Positions 1-9,571 of a stretch of DNA of 64,000 bases are shown piece by piece; the stretch's first letter is position 1, and every line of letters begins with the position of its first letter. Where the stretch lies: NCBI GenBank assembly GCA_050287085.1, contig JBNKBE010000001.1, positions 128,001-192,000 on the forward strand. The letters are read 5' to 3'. The DNA is from Polyangiaceae bacterium. GTDB taxonomy: Bacteria; Myxococcota_A; Polyangia; Polyangiales; Polyangiaceae. The notes below the pieces were generated by a model. It made no database searches and was not told where the DNA came from. It saw only the letters and a list, made by a program, of their open reading frames with translations. Made by a program: the position numbers and the translations under genes.

Positions 1-1182
1 TCGCGCCGCAAGAGTACGGACGGTCACGCTGCCCTGAGTCACCATGCCGGCCAGCCACGCACAGCCCACCGGTGACGGGTGTTCCCACACACAACGGATC
101 GCCAGACGAAGCGTGGCCGCCTTGAACTGGGAGTCGATCCGCGAAACCGCGACCTCCGCGGCTCGCTCGCCCGCCAGGCGCAGCGCGTCCACCACAACGT
201 CCTTGTGGTGTCCCTCCTCAAGTGCCCTGAATAAGCCAAAGACTAGGTCTTCATCTTCGAGATGCGGCACGAGCGCCAGCGCACGCAGCTCGCCCGAAAA
301 TTGAGCCACCAATCGCAGTCCAGGACTCCCCGCGCGGGCGAATGCGCGCGCTGAGACGTCGACGTCGACCAGCGACCCCGCAAATAGGTCGAGCTTCAGT
401 CCCTCCTCGACAATGCCCCCCGAAATCGCAACCTCGGCGTCACAAGCAAAGAGCGCCGCAAGGATCTGCCCCCCTGGCGATAGCCATGCAGCCGCCTCGG
501 GGCTTTGGAGCAGCGCAAGGGTAGCGGCACTACGCTGCCGCAGGCAGGGGAGCGCTTGACTGCGAAAGTCCTCACCGCAGTAGCTGAACAGCGCACGAAC
601 CGCCAGCTCATCAGTGCCCATGTCCATGAGCGCCTGCACGCGTTGCCAGCGCAGGATGGGATAGCTCTGCGCGCGGAGCAACTCAGAGCACGCCAAGGCC
701 AATTCGTCTTCATCCACCAAGCCCGCGAAAGCAAATCCCCCTGGCAACGCCATTAGGTAGTTGCAAGCTAGCGCTCGGCGCGTCTCAGGCGGTACCGACT
801 CGCGTCTCCCAAGCAGGAGCGCCATTCTGAGTTCACCCGGAACATGAGCGTGCAATACACCGTGGGATTGGATCTCACCGTGCTGACGTACCACCGCGAC
901 AAGCCACCGGAGAACGGGCATCACGAGCCCGAGTGTTACGTCCGCGCAGGGAATTGCCGCACTTGCGTACCGCCGCGTCCACTCCTCGGCGCGCTTTTGG
1001 TCCGCACACAAGGGCCGATGACTGCTCACCTCGAAGGCAAGTCGAAAGCTATCCCCCGATGACTCGAGCGCTCGTTCGATTTGAGCTCGGTTGCCCGGCT
1101 CTGAACACCATGCCTGCAGAGCCTCGGGACTGCTCTCCAGCAAGGCCGAAGTCAGCAGACTAGCTGAAGCCACACACGTCAC
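1..1182 (-). CDS. Hypothetical protein, 3' end beyond the window edge (>390 aa, Ala/Leu-rich, probably all-helical)
   Basis: Hand translation gives an uninterrupted minus-strand frame from GTG 1182 (in-frame TGA upstream at 1198-1200) to base 1. It is absent from the ORF track, probably because it has no stop in the window. It lies directly downstream of fabF; the start is uncertain. Confidence 0.6.
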   Translation of the reverse strand, partial: MTCVASASLLTSALLESSPEALQAWCSEPGNRAQIERALESSGDSFRLAFEVSSHRPLCADQKRAEEWTRRYASAAIPCADVTLGLVMPVLRWLVAVVRQHGEIQSHGVLHAHVPGELRMALLLGRRESVPPETRRALACNYLMALPGGFAFAGLVDEDELALACSELLRAQSYPILRWQRVQALMDMGTDELAVRALFSYCGEDFRSQALPCLRQRSAATLALLQSPEAAAWLSPGGQILAALFACDAEVAISGGIVEEGLKLDLFAGSLVDVDVSARAFARAGSPGLRLVAQFSGELRALALVPHLEDEDLVFGLFRALEEGHHKDVVVDALRLAGERAAEVAVSRIDSQFKAATLRLAIRCVWEHPSPVGCAWLAGMVTQGSVTVRTLAAR

Positions 1183-1216
1183 CAAAGTCCCAGCGGCTCA
1201 AGGGCACGCCGCCACA

Positions 1217-2449
1217 TCAAACCGCCCGAAACAGCAGCGAACAATTGGTGCCCCCAAAACCAAACGAGTTGCTCATCACGGTACGCAACTTCTTCTCCCG
1301 CGCAGTCTGGGCTACGATGTCTAGACCCAACTGTGCAATCTCGGGATCGAGCTGCTCCAAGTTGATGGTGGGTGGCACCACCCCCGAGCCCAACGCCAAG
1401 CAAGAGATAACGGCCTCAAGTCCGCCCGCGGCCCCCAGCAGATGCCCCGTCATGCTCTTTGTGCTCGAAATACAGGCTCCAGCTCCGAGTAGTGCCGCTA
1501 TGGCGCGGCTCTCCTGCAGATCGCCTGCCCCGGTTGAAGTGCCGTGTGCATTGACGTAGTCCACGTCACCGGCGGACACCCCCGCTACCGCAAGCGCCTG
1601 CGCCATCGCCCGCCTGGCGCCCTCCCCCTCGGGGGCGGGCTGCGTCAAATGATAGGCGTCGGAACTCGCGCCCCAACCGCCGACTTCTGCCAGAATCTTC
1701 GCACCGCGCGCGCGGGCCGCCTCGAACTCCTCGAGCATCAGGACCCCCGCCCCCTCGCCGATGACAAACCCATCGCGCCCGACGTCGTAAGGACGACTGG
1801 CGGACGCCGGATCGTCATTGCGCGTGGACAATGCTTTCATCGCGCCAAAAGCGGCCACGATCGAGGGCGTCACCGCAGCTTCCGCCCCCCCCGCGATAGC
1901 CGCATCGATCTCTCCAAGCCGGATCTGGCGCGCTGCGTCCAGGATCGCGTGTGCACCTGACGCGCAGGCGCTGGTATGGGTGTAGCTCGGTCCCTTGAAG
2001 CCGTAGCGCATCGAGACCTGGCCGGGGGCGAGGTTGGACAACATGCCGGGCATCGCGAAGGGGTTCACTTTCGACGGCCCCCGTTCCAGCACGGTACTGT
2101 GCAAGCGCTCCACCGTCGCGACGCCAAATAGCCCCACCCCAATGAATGTTCCGACGCGCTCTTTCATCGCATCGTCGGGCTCAAACTCTGCCTGCCCGAC
2201 CGCTTGCTCAGCGGCCGCCAGCGCAAAATGAATGAAGCGATCCGTTTGCCTCGCGAGTCGCTTGTCCAAGATCTGCGTTGCGTCAAAGCCGGAGCACTGC
2301 CCTGCTATTCGGGAAGGAAACGCCGTCGCGTCAAACGCCTCGATAGCCCTGATACCGCTGGTACCATGGCACAGGCTAGACCACATGGATTCCCGATCCA
2401 AGCCCACCGGACTCACCGCGCCAAGGCCCGTCACCGCAACACGCCGCAT
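1217..2449 (-). CDS. fabF: Beta-ketoacyl-ACP synthase II
   Basis: MRRVAVTGLGAVSPVG N-terminus (ATG 2449), SACASG catalytic Cys, NAHGTST, KSMTGHLLGAAG, SNSFGFGGTN. Confidence 0.95.
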   Translation of the reverse strand: MRRVAVTGLGAVSPVGLDRESMWSSLCHGTSGIRAIEAFDATAFPSRIAGQCSGFDATQILDKRLARQTDRFIHFALAAAEQAVGQAEFEPDDAMKERVGTFIGVGLFGVATVERLHSTVLERGPSKVNPFAMPGMLSNLAPGQVSMRYGFKGPSYTHTSACASGAHAILDAARQIRLGEIDAAIAGGAEAAVTPSIVAAFGAMKALSTRNDDPASASRPYDVGRDGFVIGEGAGVLMLEEFEAARARGAKILAEVGGWGASSDAYHLTQPAPEGEGARRAMAQALAVAGVSAGDVDYVNAHGTSTGAGDLQESRAIAALLGAGACISSTKSMTGHLLGAAGGLEAVISCLALGSGVVPPTINLEQLDPEIAQLGLDIVAQTAREKKLRTVMSNSFGFGGTNCSLLFRAV

Positions 2450-2877
2450 TGCGGCGAAGAACCAAAACCCGTGGGCTTTGTCAATTCGAGTTGCAGAAGA
2501 CTGAGACCACCCCGTGAATCGGGCGGAAATAACGAAAAAAAGCAGAGGAAAAAAGCGGCAGAGCCGTTCGGCCACCAAGCAGGGCCCCACTCCCCGATCG
2601 CTCGTGATGCAGCTCGCAAACAGTGCCCAGAGGCAGTCCAGAGTCGCCGATTCGGCCCCGGATTTCTGCGACCGCGTCAGCGCTTGGCTGCAACAGAGGG
2701 CCCGAACCCCGAGCCCCAAAGCAATTGTCACCGCGGCCTTGACTCAACCCGGTGGCGTAGCTCCGGACCCATCAAGGCTGGCGACAGTCTCCGGACGCGG
2801 AGAGCCAGCCCTCGGACGACAGCCGTGTCCACTTTCTGTCCCCGCAGCGGGCGCGTCAACAAGCTACACTCCGCTCC

Positions 2878-3705
2878 ATGCATAGCAGCGAGTTCTTGAA
2901 TCTCATGGCAACCCTAGCCCCGCTCGAGCTGGCCGCCTCTTGGGACAACGTGGGGGTGATCGTAGACGCTGCCGAAGAGCGCGACGTGCGCCGCGTCCTG
3001 CTCACGATCGACATGACGGAACACGTTCTGGCCGAGGCGCTCGATTTCGGCGCTGAGGCAATCATTGCCTATCACCCCCCCATATTCAGCGGGCTCAAAC
3101 GCCTTGAACGAACCACTGCCGCAGGGCGCCTGCACCTCGCTCTCATTCGCTCTGGGATATTGGTCTACAGTCCCCACACCGCGCTTGATGCGTGCCGCGG
3201 AGGACTCAACGACTGGCTAGCGGGACTCCTGCCCAAGTCGCTCGCGCGACCGCTCGACCCCCTCCCGGCTCAACCCGAGCTTGGACAGGGCCGTTTCCTC
3301 GAGCTTCAAACGCCCCATTCTCTGGACGCATTGATCACTCTACTCAAGAGCCAGCTTCACCTTGACTACCTCCGTGTCGCTCGCGCGGCTCGCCACAGCT
3401 CCGCTAGCAGCACCCCCTCCAGGCCGGCAACGCCTAATGCCGCGAACGAGCTCATCGCCACGGTGGCGCTCTGTCCTGGCGCCGGCGGCAGTGTGCTTGC
3501 CAACACCAATGCCGACCTCCTGCTCACCGGAGAGATGCGCCATCACGATGTGCTCGCTCATCAGCGCGCCGGCCGGAGTGTGTTGCTGACCGAGCATACC
3601 GGCACGGAGCGGGGTTACCTTCCCGTCCTTGCGGCTCGCCTTGAGACGCTGGGGCTTCTATGCCGCGTCTCAAGGTCCGATCGCGAACCGCTAGAGCTCG
3701 CGTGA
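2878..3705 (+). CDS. Nif3-like dinuclear metal centre protein (YbgI family)
   Basis: LAPLELAASWDNVG, YHPPIF, YSPHTALD, TGEMRHH, EHTGTER motifs. Confidence 0.92.
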   Translation: MHSSEFLNLMATLAPLELAASWDNVGVIVDAAEERDVRRVLLTIDMTEHVLAEALDFGAEAIIAYHPPIFSGLKRLERTTAAGRLHLALIRSGILVYSPHTALDACRGGLNDWLAGLLPKSLARPLDPLPAQPELGQGRFLELQTPHSLDALITLLKSQLHLDYLRVARAARHSSASSTPSRPATPNAANELIATVALCPGAGGSVLANTNADLLLTGEMRHHDVLAHQRAGRSVLLTEHTGTERGYLPVLAARLETLGLLCRVSRSDREPLELA

Positions 3706-4803
3706 CGGCGCGCTGATATCGTGCACTGGCGGCGCTGCCCGCGCGATGTCTGCCACAGAGGTCAGAGCGCGTTCGCGCATTCTGCGAGCCAACGCGCGGT
3801 TGAGTCGCCAAGGAAGCAACGGCCCCCCATAAATGAATCCGGTATACAGCTGCACTAAAGCAGCTCCTGCCTCCAAGCGCTCCCACACGTCGTCGATATC
3901 TCTAATCCCACCGACGGAAATCAAGGGCACCGAGTCCCCCACGCGCGCTCGCAGCCTGCGCAGAACGTGAACGGAGCGCGCACTTAGCGGCCGTCCAGAA
4001 AGCCCCCCTGCTCCAACAGCGCTGATTTCCGCCGGTGACGATAGCAGACCGCGACGCTGCACGGTGGTGTTGGTCGCGATGACACCATGCAGCGGCAAGC
4101 GCAGTGCGACGTCAGCAATGGCGTCGATGTCCTCGTCGCTCAGGTCGGGTGCGATCTTCACCAACAACGGAAGGTCCGTAGACGCCGCCTCATCCATTGC
4201 CTGCCGCACCGTGCGCAGCAGCGGCTCCAGCTGTTCGACCGCCTGCAGATTACGAAGTCCCGGCGTGTTCGGAGAGCTCACATTGACGACCACATAGTCG
4301 GCGTGGGGAGCGACCCAGCGCGCGCTCTTATCGTAGTCCTCGGCGGCCTTCTCCTCAGGCACCCGTTTCGTCTTACCGATGTTGGCGCCCACAACCCCGC
4401 TGCGTCCGCGGCGCAGACGAGTCGCAAGCGACAAGGCCCCCTCATTGTTGAATCCCATGCGATTGACGATCGCCTGATCCTTAGGGAGGCGGAACAGACG
4501 GGGTCGCGGATTGCCAGGCTGTCCCTCGCCGGTGACGGTGCCCACCTCGACGAAGCCGAACCCGAGCGCCAGCAAGGCGTCGTAACCGCGCCCGTCCTTG
4601 TCGAAGCCCGCAGCCAAACCGATCGGACTCGGCAGCGCTCGACCCCAAACCGTTTGGGCGACGATGTTAGGCGGGCGAAGCGCCCGCCGCAGCAGGGCCA
4701 ACATCATCGGCAGTGCGCACAGCCCCCGAAGCGCCAGAAACGCAAGATTGTGCGCCGTTTCGGCCGGAAACCGAAACAGCAACCAGCGCAGGATCTCGTA
4801 CAC
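3691..4803 (-). CDS. pyrD: Quinone-dependent dihydroorotate dehydrogenase (class 2)
   Basis: PIGLAAGFDK, EVGTVT, QPGNPRPRLFRL, NRMGFNN, NVSSPNTPGLR, KIAPDL, GGLSG. Start set at GTG 4803 (the ORF track extends to 4851). Confidence 0.95.
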   Translation of the reverse strand: MYEILRWLLFRFPAETAHNLAFLALRGLCALPMMLALLRRALRPPNIVAQTVWGRALPSPIGLAAGFDKDGRGYDALLALGFGFVEVGTVTGEGQPGNPRPRLFRLPKDQAIVNRMGFNNEGALSLATRLRRGRSGVVGANIGKTKRVPEEKAAEDYDKSARWVAPHADYVVVNVSSPNTPGLRNLQAVEQLEPLLRTVRQAMDEAASTDLPLLVKIAPDLSDEDIDAIADVALRLPLHGVIATNTTVQRRGLLSSPAEISAVGAGGLSGRPLSARSVHVLRRLRARVGDSVPLISVGGIRDIDDVWERLEAGAALVQLYTGFIYGGPLLPWRLNRALARRMRERALTSVADIARAAPPVHDISAPSREL

Positions 4804-4917
4804 GGCCCTCGGCTTTATCGATCCACACCGCCGATGGCAAGCGGGACGCAATGAACAGCCGCGCCCAGAAGGCGCCCCAGTCCACGGCTCGGTCCTGCGC
4901 CCGGACGAGGCGCGGGC

Positions 4918-5418
4918 CTATCCGACGCCCTGCTCTCCGCCGCGCTGGGGCTCGACCTTGAGCGCAGTTCCATACGCCAGTACTTCGACGCCCGCAGTGC
5001 CCTTGTTGTTGCCAGCGCTGGATGCGAGGCGTGACGTTTCAAGCCGAACGCCGACGACCGTGTCGAAGCCCCCCATGACCGCTTCGTCCAACATGCGGAG
5101 CAAAGCCTCACGCCGAGCGCGTTCCATCAACGGCTCGTACGCACGCAGACGCCCGCCAAAGATCTGTTTGAAGCTCGTAACGAAACGCTTGTAGTAGTCG
5201 AGAGACACGACAACGCTTCCCCCTACCAACCGTGCGCTAGCCACCTTGAGCTCCGGCGCGGGCCCCAGGGTGCTAACAGGAAAGCGCAAAAACTCGAGCT
5301 CCCGTTCCCGCAGACTGGCGAAGTGCTGACGCTCGACATGGCGTCCGAGCAGCCACCCCAGGAGCGTCAACAGCAGTGTTAGCCCAATGCCCAGGCCCTG
5401 AGTTGCAAGCTCAGTCAT
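4918..5418 (-). CDS. YbjQ/UPF0145-family protein with N-terminal TM helix
   Basis: GG.L.AYE.L.E.AR.EA..RM and 'VLAYGTA' motifs; hydrophobic N-terminus. Confidence 0.85.
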   Translation of the reverse strand: MTELATQGLGIGLTLLLTLLGWLLGRHVERQHFASLRERELEFLRFPVSTLGPAPELKVASARLVGGSVVVSLDYYKRFVTSFKQIFGGRLRAYEPLMERARREALLRMLDEAVMGGFDTVVGVRLETSRLASSAGNNKGTAGVEVLAYGTALKVEPQRGGEQGVG

Positions 5419-5420
5419 CG

Positions 5421-5735
5421 CTACTCCACACGAACTGCGGTGCCATAGGCGTAGAGCTCTGCGGCCCCCTGGGCAACACTGCTCGTCGAGTACCGCACGT
5501 TGACGATGGCATTGGCCCCACGGAGTTCCGCTTGGCGCACCATGCGCTCTGTCGCCTCATCCCTCGCTTCTGACAGCAGCTCCGTATAGCCCTTGAGCTC
5601 ACCCCCAACGATATTCTTCAACCCGGCCATGAAGTCCCGTCCGATATGCTTCGCCCGTACGGTACTGCCCGAGACGATGCCGAAGAATTGCACGATGCGC
5701 CGCCCCGGAACGTCCTCTGTATTGGTCAAGATCAC
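5421..5735 (-). CDS. YbjQ/UPF0145-family protein
   Basis: ILTNTEDVPG, GRDFMAGLKNIVGGELKGYTELL, GANAIVNVR, ELYAYGTAV. GTG start at 5735. Confidence 0.92.
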   Translation of the reverse strand: MILTNTEDVPGRRIVQFFGIVSGSTVRAKHIGRDFMAGLKNIVGGELKGYTELLSEARDEATERMVRQAELRGANAIVNVRYSTSSVAQGAAELYAYGTAVRVE

Positions 5736-5904
5736 GGACCAATAGTAGCCTAACGCCGGAGACGGCCAAGGCGGAAGCCAACCACCACCGCTCAAAGCCT
5801 CATTTTCTTGTCTGGGGAACCAACAACAGGCAGGCTTTGGTACGCAGGCCGAGCAGGAGGCACACTGAGCAGCTCGGTTCTAAGCCACACCACGAAAGGG
5901 CTCG

Positions 5905-6453
5905 ATGCATTGGATCGCCACGGGTACCCCCTGGGACGCGCTGCTCCCCCTGGAGGCTGGAACAACTCGACTGGAGCTTGCCGCAACCGGGCGAGCTCGT
6001 TGCCGCGCCTGCAACGCGGCCGTACCCCGCGGCGCGCTCCGCTTCGGAGAACAGCTCCCTAACCCCTTCAACGACAAGCCGACTTGGTATTGGTACCATA
6101 TCGAATGTGCTGCGCTGCGCCGAAGCTCGAGCGCCCTGCCGGTATTCGAGACCCTGGGGCAGCGAACTACGGTCGAACCAGACCTGACTCTGGCCGTCAC
6201 GCGGGGAGCGGCCAACCCTCGCCTCGAACGATTGATGGCGCTGGAGCGGGCGCCGTCCGGGCGGGCAAAGTGCCGTGCTTGTGAACAGCTCATCGTCAAG
6301 GGTCACCTCCGCTTCCCGCTCCAGATCTTCGATTCTGGCCGTTTCACCCCCATCGGCTATATCCACGACATCTGCCAGCTGGCCTACTGCGGTGCCGAAC
6401 TAGACCCCATGCGCGCCGCCGCCCTGGGAGTCGGCACGCCGGAAGTCGAGTAG
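5905..6453 (+). CDS. Tandem PARP-type zinc-finger protein
   Basis: Two E.A.(T/S)GRA.CRAC...LRF...H..C units (CX2C...HX2C). Confidence 0.8.
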   Translation: MHWIATGTPWDALLPLEAGTTRLELAATGRARCRACNAAVPRGALRFGEQLPNPFNDKPTWYWYHIECAALRRSSSALPVFETLGQRTTVEPDLTLAVTRGAANPRLERLMALERAPSGRAKCRACEQLIVKGHLRFPLQIFDSGRFTPIGYIHDICQLAYCGAELDPMRAAALGVGTPEVE

Positions 6454-6567
6454 GGCGAGCGGCCAAGCCCGCCCCACGGCGGGCATTTCACTGCTCTGCT
6501 ACCTCAGGAAAGCGCATAGCATCCCCGCCGTGCTCCCCCGTCCCTTCCGCTGCAGGCCTAGTTCGCA

Positions 6568-7626
6568 ATGAGCCTCCTGGGCTCGAACCCACGCCGAAAC
6601 CTCGGGTTGCTCGTGGGCTCCCTGTTGATTGGGGGCGGCTTCTGGTGGCTCTTGAGAGCAGGTGCGCTTCCGCTCTTGCCCGAGCGCGAGGCATTCTCAA
6701 GCGTGTCGTGGTTGGGGGTAGTCGCCTTCTCGATCAGCTGGCTGCTGACCTTAGTCCTGAAGGGTCTTCGCTGGTCCACCCTGCTCGCCGCCATCGGCCG
6801 CGTCCCCCTTCGCGACGTGCTAGCCATCAATTTCGTGTCCCAAGCCGCCGTCTTGCTCATGCCGCTGCGAAGCGGCGAGTTCGTCCGCCCCGTGATGTTG
6901 TCGCGTCGAAGCTCCATCTCCTTCCTCGCTGGGATGAGCACTTCAGCAGCCGAACGCATCGGGGACAGTCTGTTCGCGAGCGTCATGTTGATCGTTGCGC
7001 TCGCGTCGAGCGAACAACGCACCCCACTTCCGGACCGGATCGGCGAACTCCCCGTGCCCGCGGCACTCGTGCCTGGGCTGGGCTACTCAGCGGCCACGGT
7101 AACGCTGCTCGCCTGCAGTGGCGTCCTCGCCTTCTACTACTTCCGTGCCGGCACGCGACACCTCTTAGGCGCGACCCTTGGGCGCCTCTGGCCGAAGGCT
7201 GCTGAGTGGACCACGACTAAGCTTCAACAGCTCTGCGACGGGCTGCAGTTCCTTGGCTCCGTGCGCTACTCGGCGGCCTTTCTCGGGACAAGCGCCTTGT
7301 ATTGGGCCAGCCACGTCGTCAGCACCTGGGTTCTCTTCCGCACCACCACATTTCCGGAGCTGACCTTCGGTCAGGCTGCAGCCTTGCTGGGAACGCTCGC
7401 ATTCGGGATGAGCATACCGAATGCGCCCGGATTCTTTGGAGTCTTCCAGGTCGCCACGTACGCCAGCTTGGCCGTCTTCTACGCCCCCGAGCGCATCCAG
7501 AAAGACGGCGCGCTGCCCGTGTTCTTGCTGTACGTACTGGAGGTAGCTTGGGTCCTGGCCATGGCCGTCCTTGGCGGCTGGTACAACCGCCGCAACTCCC
7601 CTGGCCAAGTGCCAGCCAACGGATGA
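6568..7626 (+). CDS. UPF0104 / lysylphosphatidylglycerol-synthase TM (flippase-like) membrane protein
   Basis: Multiple TM helices; LRW..LL, PLRSGEFVR, ERIGD, IPNAPGFFGVF motifs. Confidence 0.85.
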   Translation: MSLLGSNPRRNLGLLVGSLLIGGGFWWLLRAGALPLLPEREAFSSVSWLGVVAFSISWLLTLVLKGLRWSTLLAAIGRVPLRDVLAINFVSQAAVLLMPLRSGEFVRPVMLSRRSSISFLAGMSTSAAERIGDSLFASVMLIVALASSEQRTPLPDRIGELPVPAALVPGLGYSAATVTLLACSGVLAFYYFRAGTRHLLGATLGRLWPKAAEWTTTKLQQLCDGLQFLGSVRYSAAFLGTSALYWASHVVSTWVLFRTTTFPELTFGQAAALLGTLAFGMSIPNAPGFFGVFQVATYASLAVFYAPERIQKDGALPVFLLYVLEVAWVLAMAVLGGWYNRRNSPGQVPANG

Positions 7627-7705
7627 GCACCCCCCGCGAGCACAGAGTCAGGAGCGCCGGGAGGTGAAAGCTCAAGTTCGCGTCGATCCGGTCGTTTAGA
7701 ACCCT

Positions 7706-8725
7706 GTGCCCAGCCGGCAGATTCTCGCGAACCGTCCCGCGAACGACGTGCAAGACCAAGCGTCACTCAAGCGTCTGCTGTCGACGGAGAACGCGTCGCT
7801 CACGGGCTTGCGCCTGGCGGGGCTGGACCTGAAGGGGGCGCAGCTCAGTCACCGTGACCTGAGCTGCGTCGACCTCAGCCACGCCGACCTCCGCGGCGCC
7901 AACTTGGTCGGTTGCCGCATGCACAACGCGATACTCCACGGAGCCAACCTGGAAGGCGCGGAATTCATGGGGGCTGACCTCCATGGCGCCAACCTCAGCG
8001 AGGCTCAGGCAGCCCTTGGTGGCTTCGGTCGCGTCAACCTGACCGACGCAAACTGCTTTGGCATCAATCTGGAGGGAGCCACTCTGACCGAAGCAGTTCT
8101 CACCGGGGCAGACCTTCGCATCGCCAACCTGTGTCGAGCGCGCATGCGCGACGCGCGCTTGCAGCGAGCCAACTTCCTCAAGAGCAAACTGCTGGACGTC
8201 GACCTCGAAGGCGCCGACGTGCACGAAACCTGCTTTGTGGAAGCCGATCTCCGCAGAGCCCGTCTTCGCGGGCTCCGGCGCTTCGCGAACGCACATTTCT
8301 TCCACGCAGACGTGCGCGAGATCGACTTCAGTGGCGCTTACCTGCTGCGGCGGCAGATCCTCGACGAAAACTACCTGCTCGAGTTCCGCTCTCAGAGCCG
8401 CGCCGCCATGGTTGTCTACTGGATCTGGTGGGCGACGAGCGATTGCGGTCGCAGCATCCTGCGCTGGGCCACTTGGACCGTCGTCGTCTGGCTCGCGTTC
8501 GGCGCAGCCTATGAACTGTGCGCGCTCGACTACGGGGCGCACCGTACCTTGATCTCTCCATTCTATTTCAGTCTGGTGACACTCACGACGCTCGGCTACG
8601 GGGACGTTGTCCCCGCTTCTCCCGCCGCGCAGGTCGTCGTCATGGCGGAAGTCGTGCTGGGCTACGTCATGTTGGGTGGGCTGCTCACCATTATTTCCTC
8701 GAAGATGGGAAGGCGTTCAGACTGA
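7706..8725 (+). CDS. Pentapeptide-repeat protein fused to a K+ channel pore domain
   Basis: Long run of A(D/N)LXX repeats, then TM helices with YFSLVTLTTLGYGD (selectivity filter). Start uncertain. Confidence 0.88.
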   Translation: MPSRQILANRPANDVQDQASLKRLLSTENASLTGLRLAGLDLKGAQLSHRDLSCVDLSHADLRGANLVGCRMHNAILHGANLEGAEFMGADLHGANLSEAQAALGGFGRVNLTDANCFGINLEGATLTEAVLTGADLRIANLCRARMRDARLQRANFLKSKLLDVDLEGADVHETCFVEADLRRARLRGLRRFANAHFFHADVREIDFSGAYLLRRQILDENYLLEFRSQSRAAMVVYWIWWATSDCGRSILRWATWTVVVWLAFGAAYELCALDYGAHRTLISPFYFSLVTLTTLGYGDVVPASPAAQVVVMAEVVLGYVMLGGLLTIISSKMGRRSD

Positions 8726-9564
8726 TGCTAAGCTGGTTCAAGCTCAGGGAACACCCCGAAAAGCGCCTGAAGCGAGCGATTGGGAACCACACGCTGCCCG
8801 CCTTCTCGAGCACCGTGCTGAAGACCCTGCAGCTGCTCCGGGACGTCGACAGCAGCACCGATTCCATCGCAGACCAGATTTCTCTGGACCCAGGTCTTTC
8901 CGTGAAAGTGCTGGGCATGGCCAATTCCTCCACCTTTGCCTTGAAGAACCACGTAGCGACTATTCGTCACGCGGTCAGCCTACTGGGTCGCTCGTCCGTG
9001 GAGAGTGCAGTGCTGGGTCTGGGGGTCAATCAAACCCTTACCAAGCTCAACTTCGGTCCTGCCGGCGCGCTCGCCTACTGGACTATCAGCGCTGAGCGAG
9101 CCTTGCTCGCAGGCAGTATCGGTGCCCAACTCGACCCCGCAAACTCCGCTCATGTCTTCACGGCGGCCCTGCTGCAAGACCTCGCGGTGCCCCTGCTGTG
9201 CACCGAAAAGGGCGCTCCCTATGAGGCGTTGCTACAACGCTGGTATGAGGATGGTGGCGACTTAGCAGACCTAGAGCAGTCGACGTTCGGCTGGAATCAC
9301 GCGCACCTCGGCGGTTGGTTGTGTCGCACGTGGCAGCTGCCGAACACCTTGGCGGACGCCGTGGGCGCCCATCACCAGCCCGACGCTGAGATCCCATCCA
9401 GCCTGCTGCTCGTCGCCAACTGGGGCGGCGGCTCACGGGATAACAACATTTCCACATTAAACCAAAACCTCTGCACCCTTGGTCTAGGCGAGTCGCAAGC
9501 AGCGACGCTGGTCGAAGGTGCGCTCGGACGCGCCGCAGAGCTCGCCTCCCTACTCGCCCTATGA
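8725..9564 (+). CDS. HDOD domain protein
   Basis: LPAFS, ISLDPGLSVKVL..ANS, TI.HAVSLLG, LLQDL, E...FG.NHA.LG..L...W.LP...HH. The ATG overlaps the upstream TGA (TGATG). Confidence 0.88.
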   Translation: MLSWFKLREHPEKRLKRAIGNHTLPAFSSTVLKTLQLLRDVDSSTDSIADQISLDPGLSVKVLGMANSSTFALKNHVATIRHAVSLLGRSSVESAVLGLGVNQTLTKLNFGPAGALAYWTISAERALLAGSIGAQLDPANSAHVFTAALLQDLAVPLLCTEKGAPYEALLQRWYEDGGDLADLEQSTFGWNHAHLGGWLCRTWQLPNTLADAVGAHHQPDAEIPSSLLLVANWGGGSRDNNISTLNQNLCTLGLGESQAATLVEGALGRAAELASLLAL

Positions 9565-9571
9565 CGGATGC

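Noticed and set aside
2450..2877. Riboswitch or ncRNA in the fabF-Nif3 divergent gap; N-terminal extension of FabF to 2731
   Set aside because: No recognisable RNA motif. FabF homology begins at ATG 2449, so the extension is an ORF-calling artefact.
4918..5735. Tandem YbjQ genes as a novel system
   Set aside because: Paired YbjQ genes, one of them membrane-anchored, are a common arrangement.
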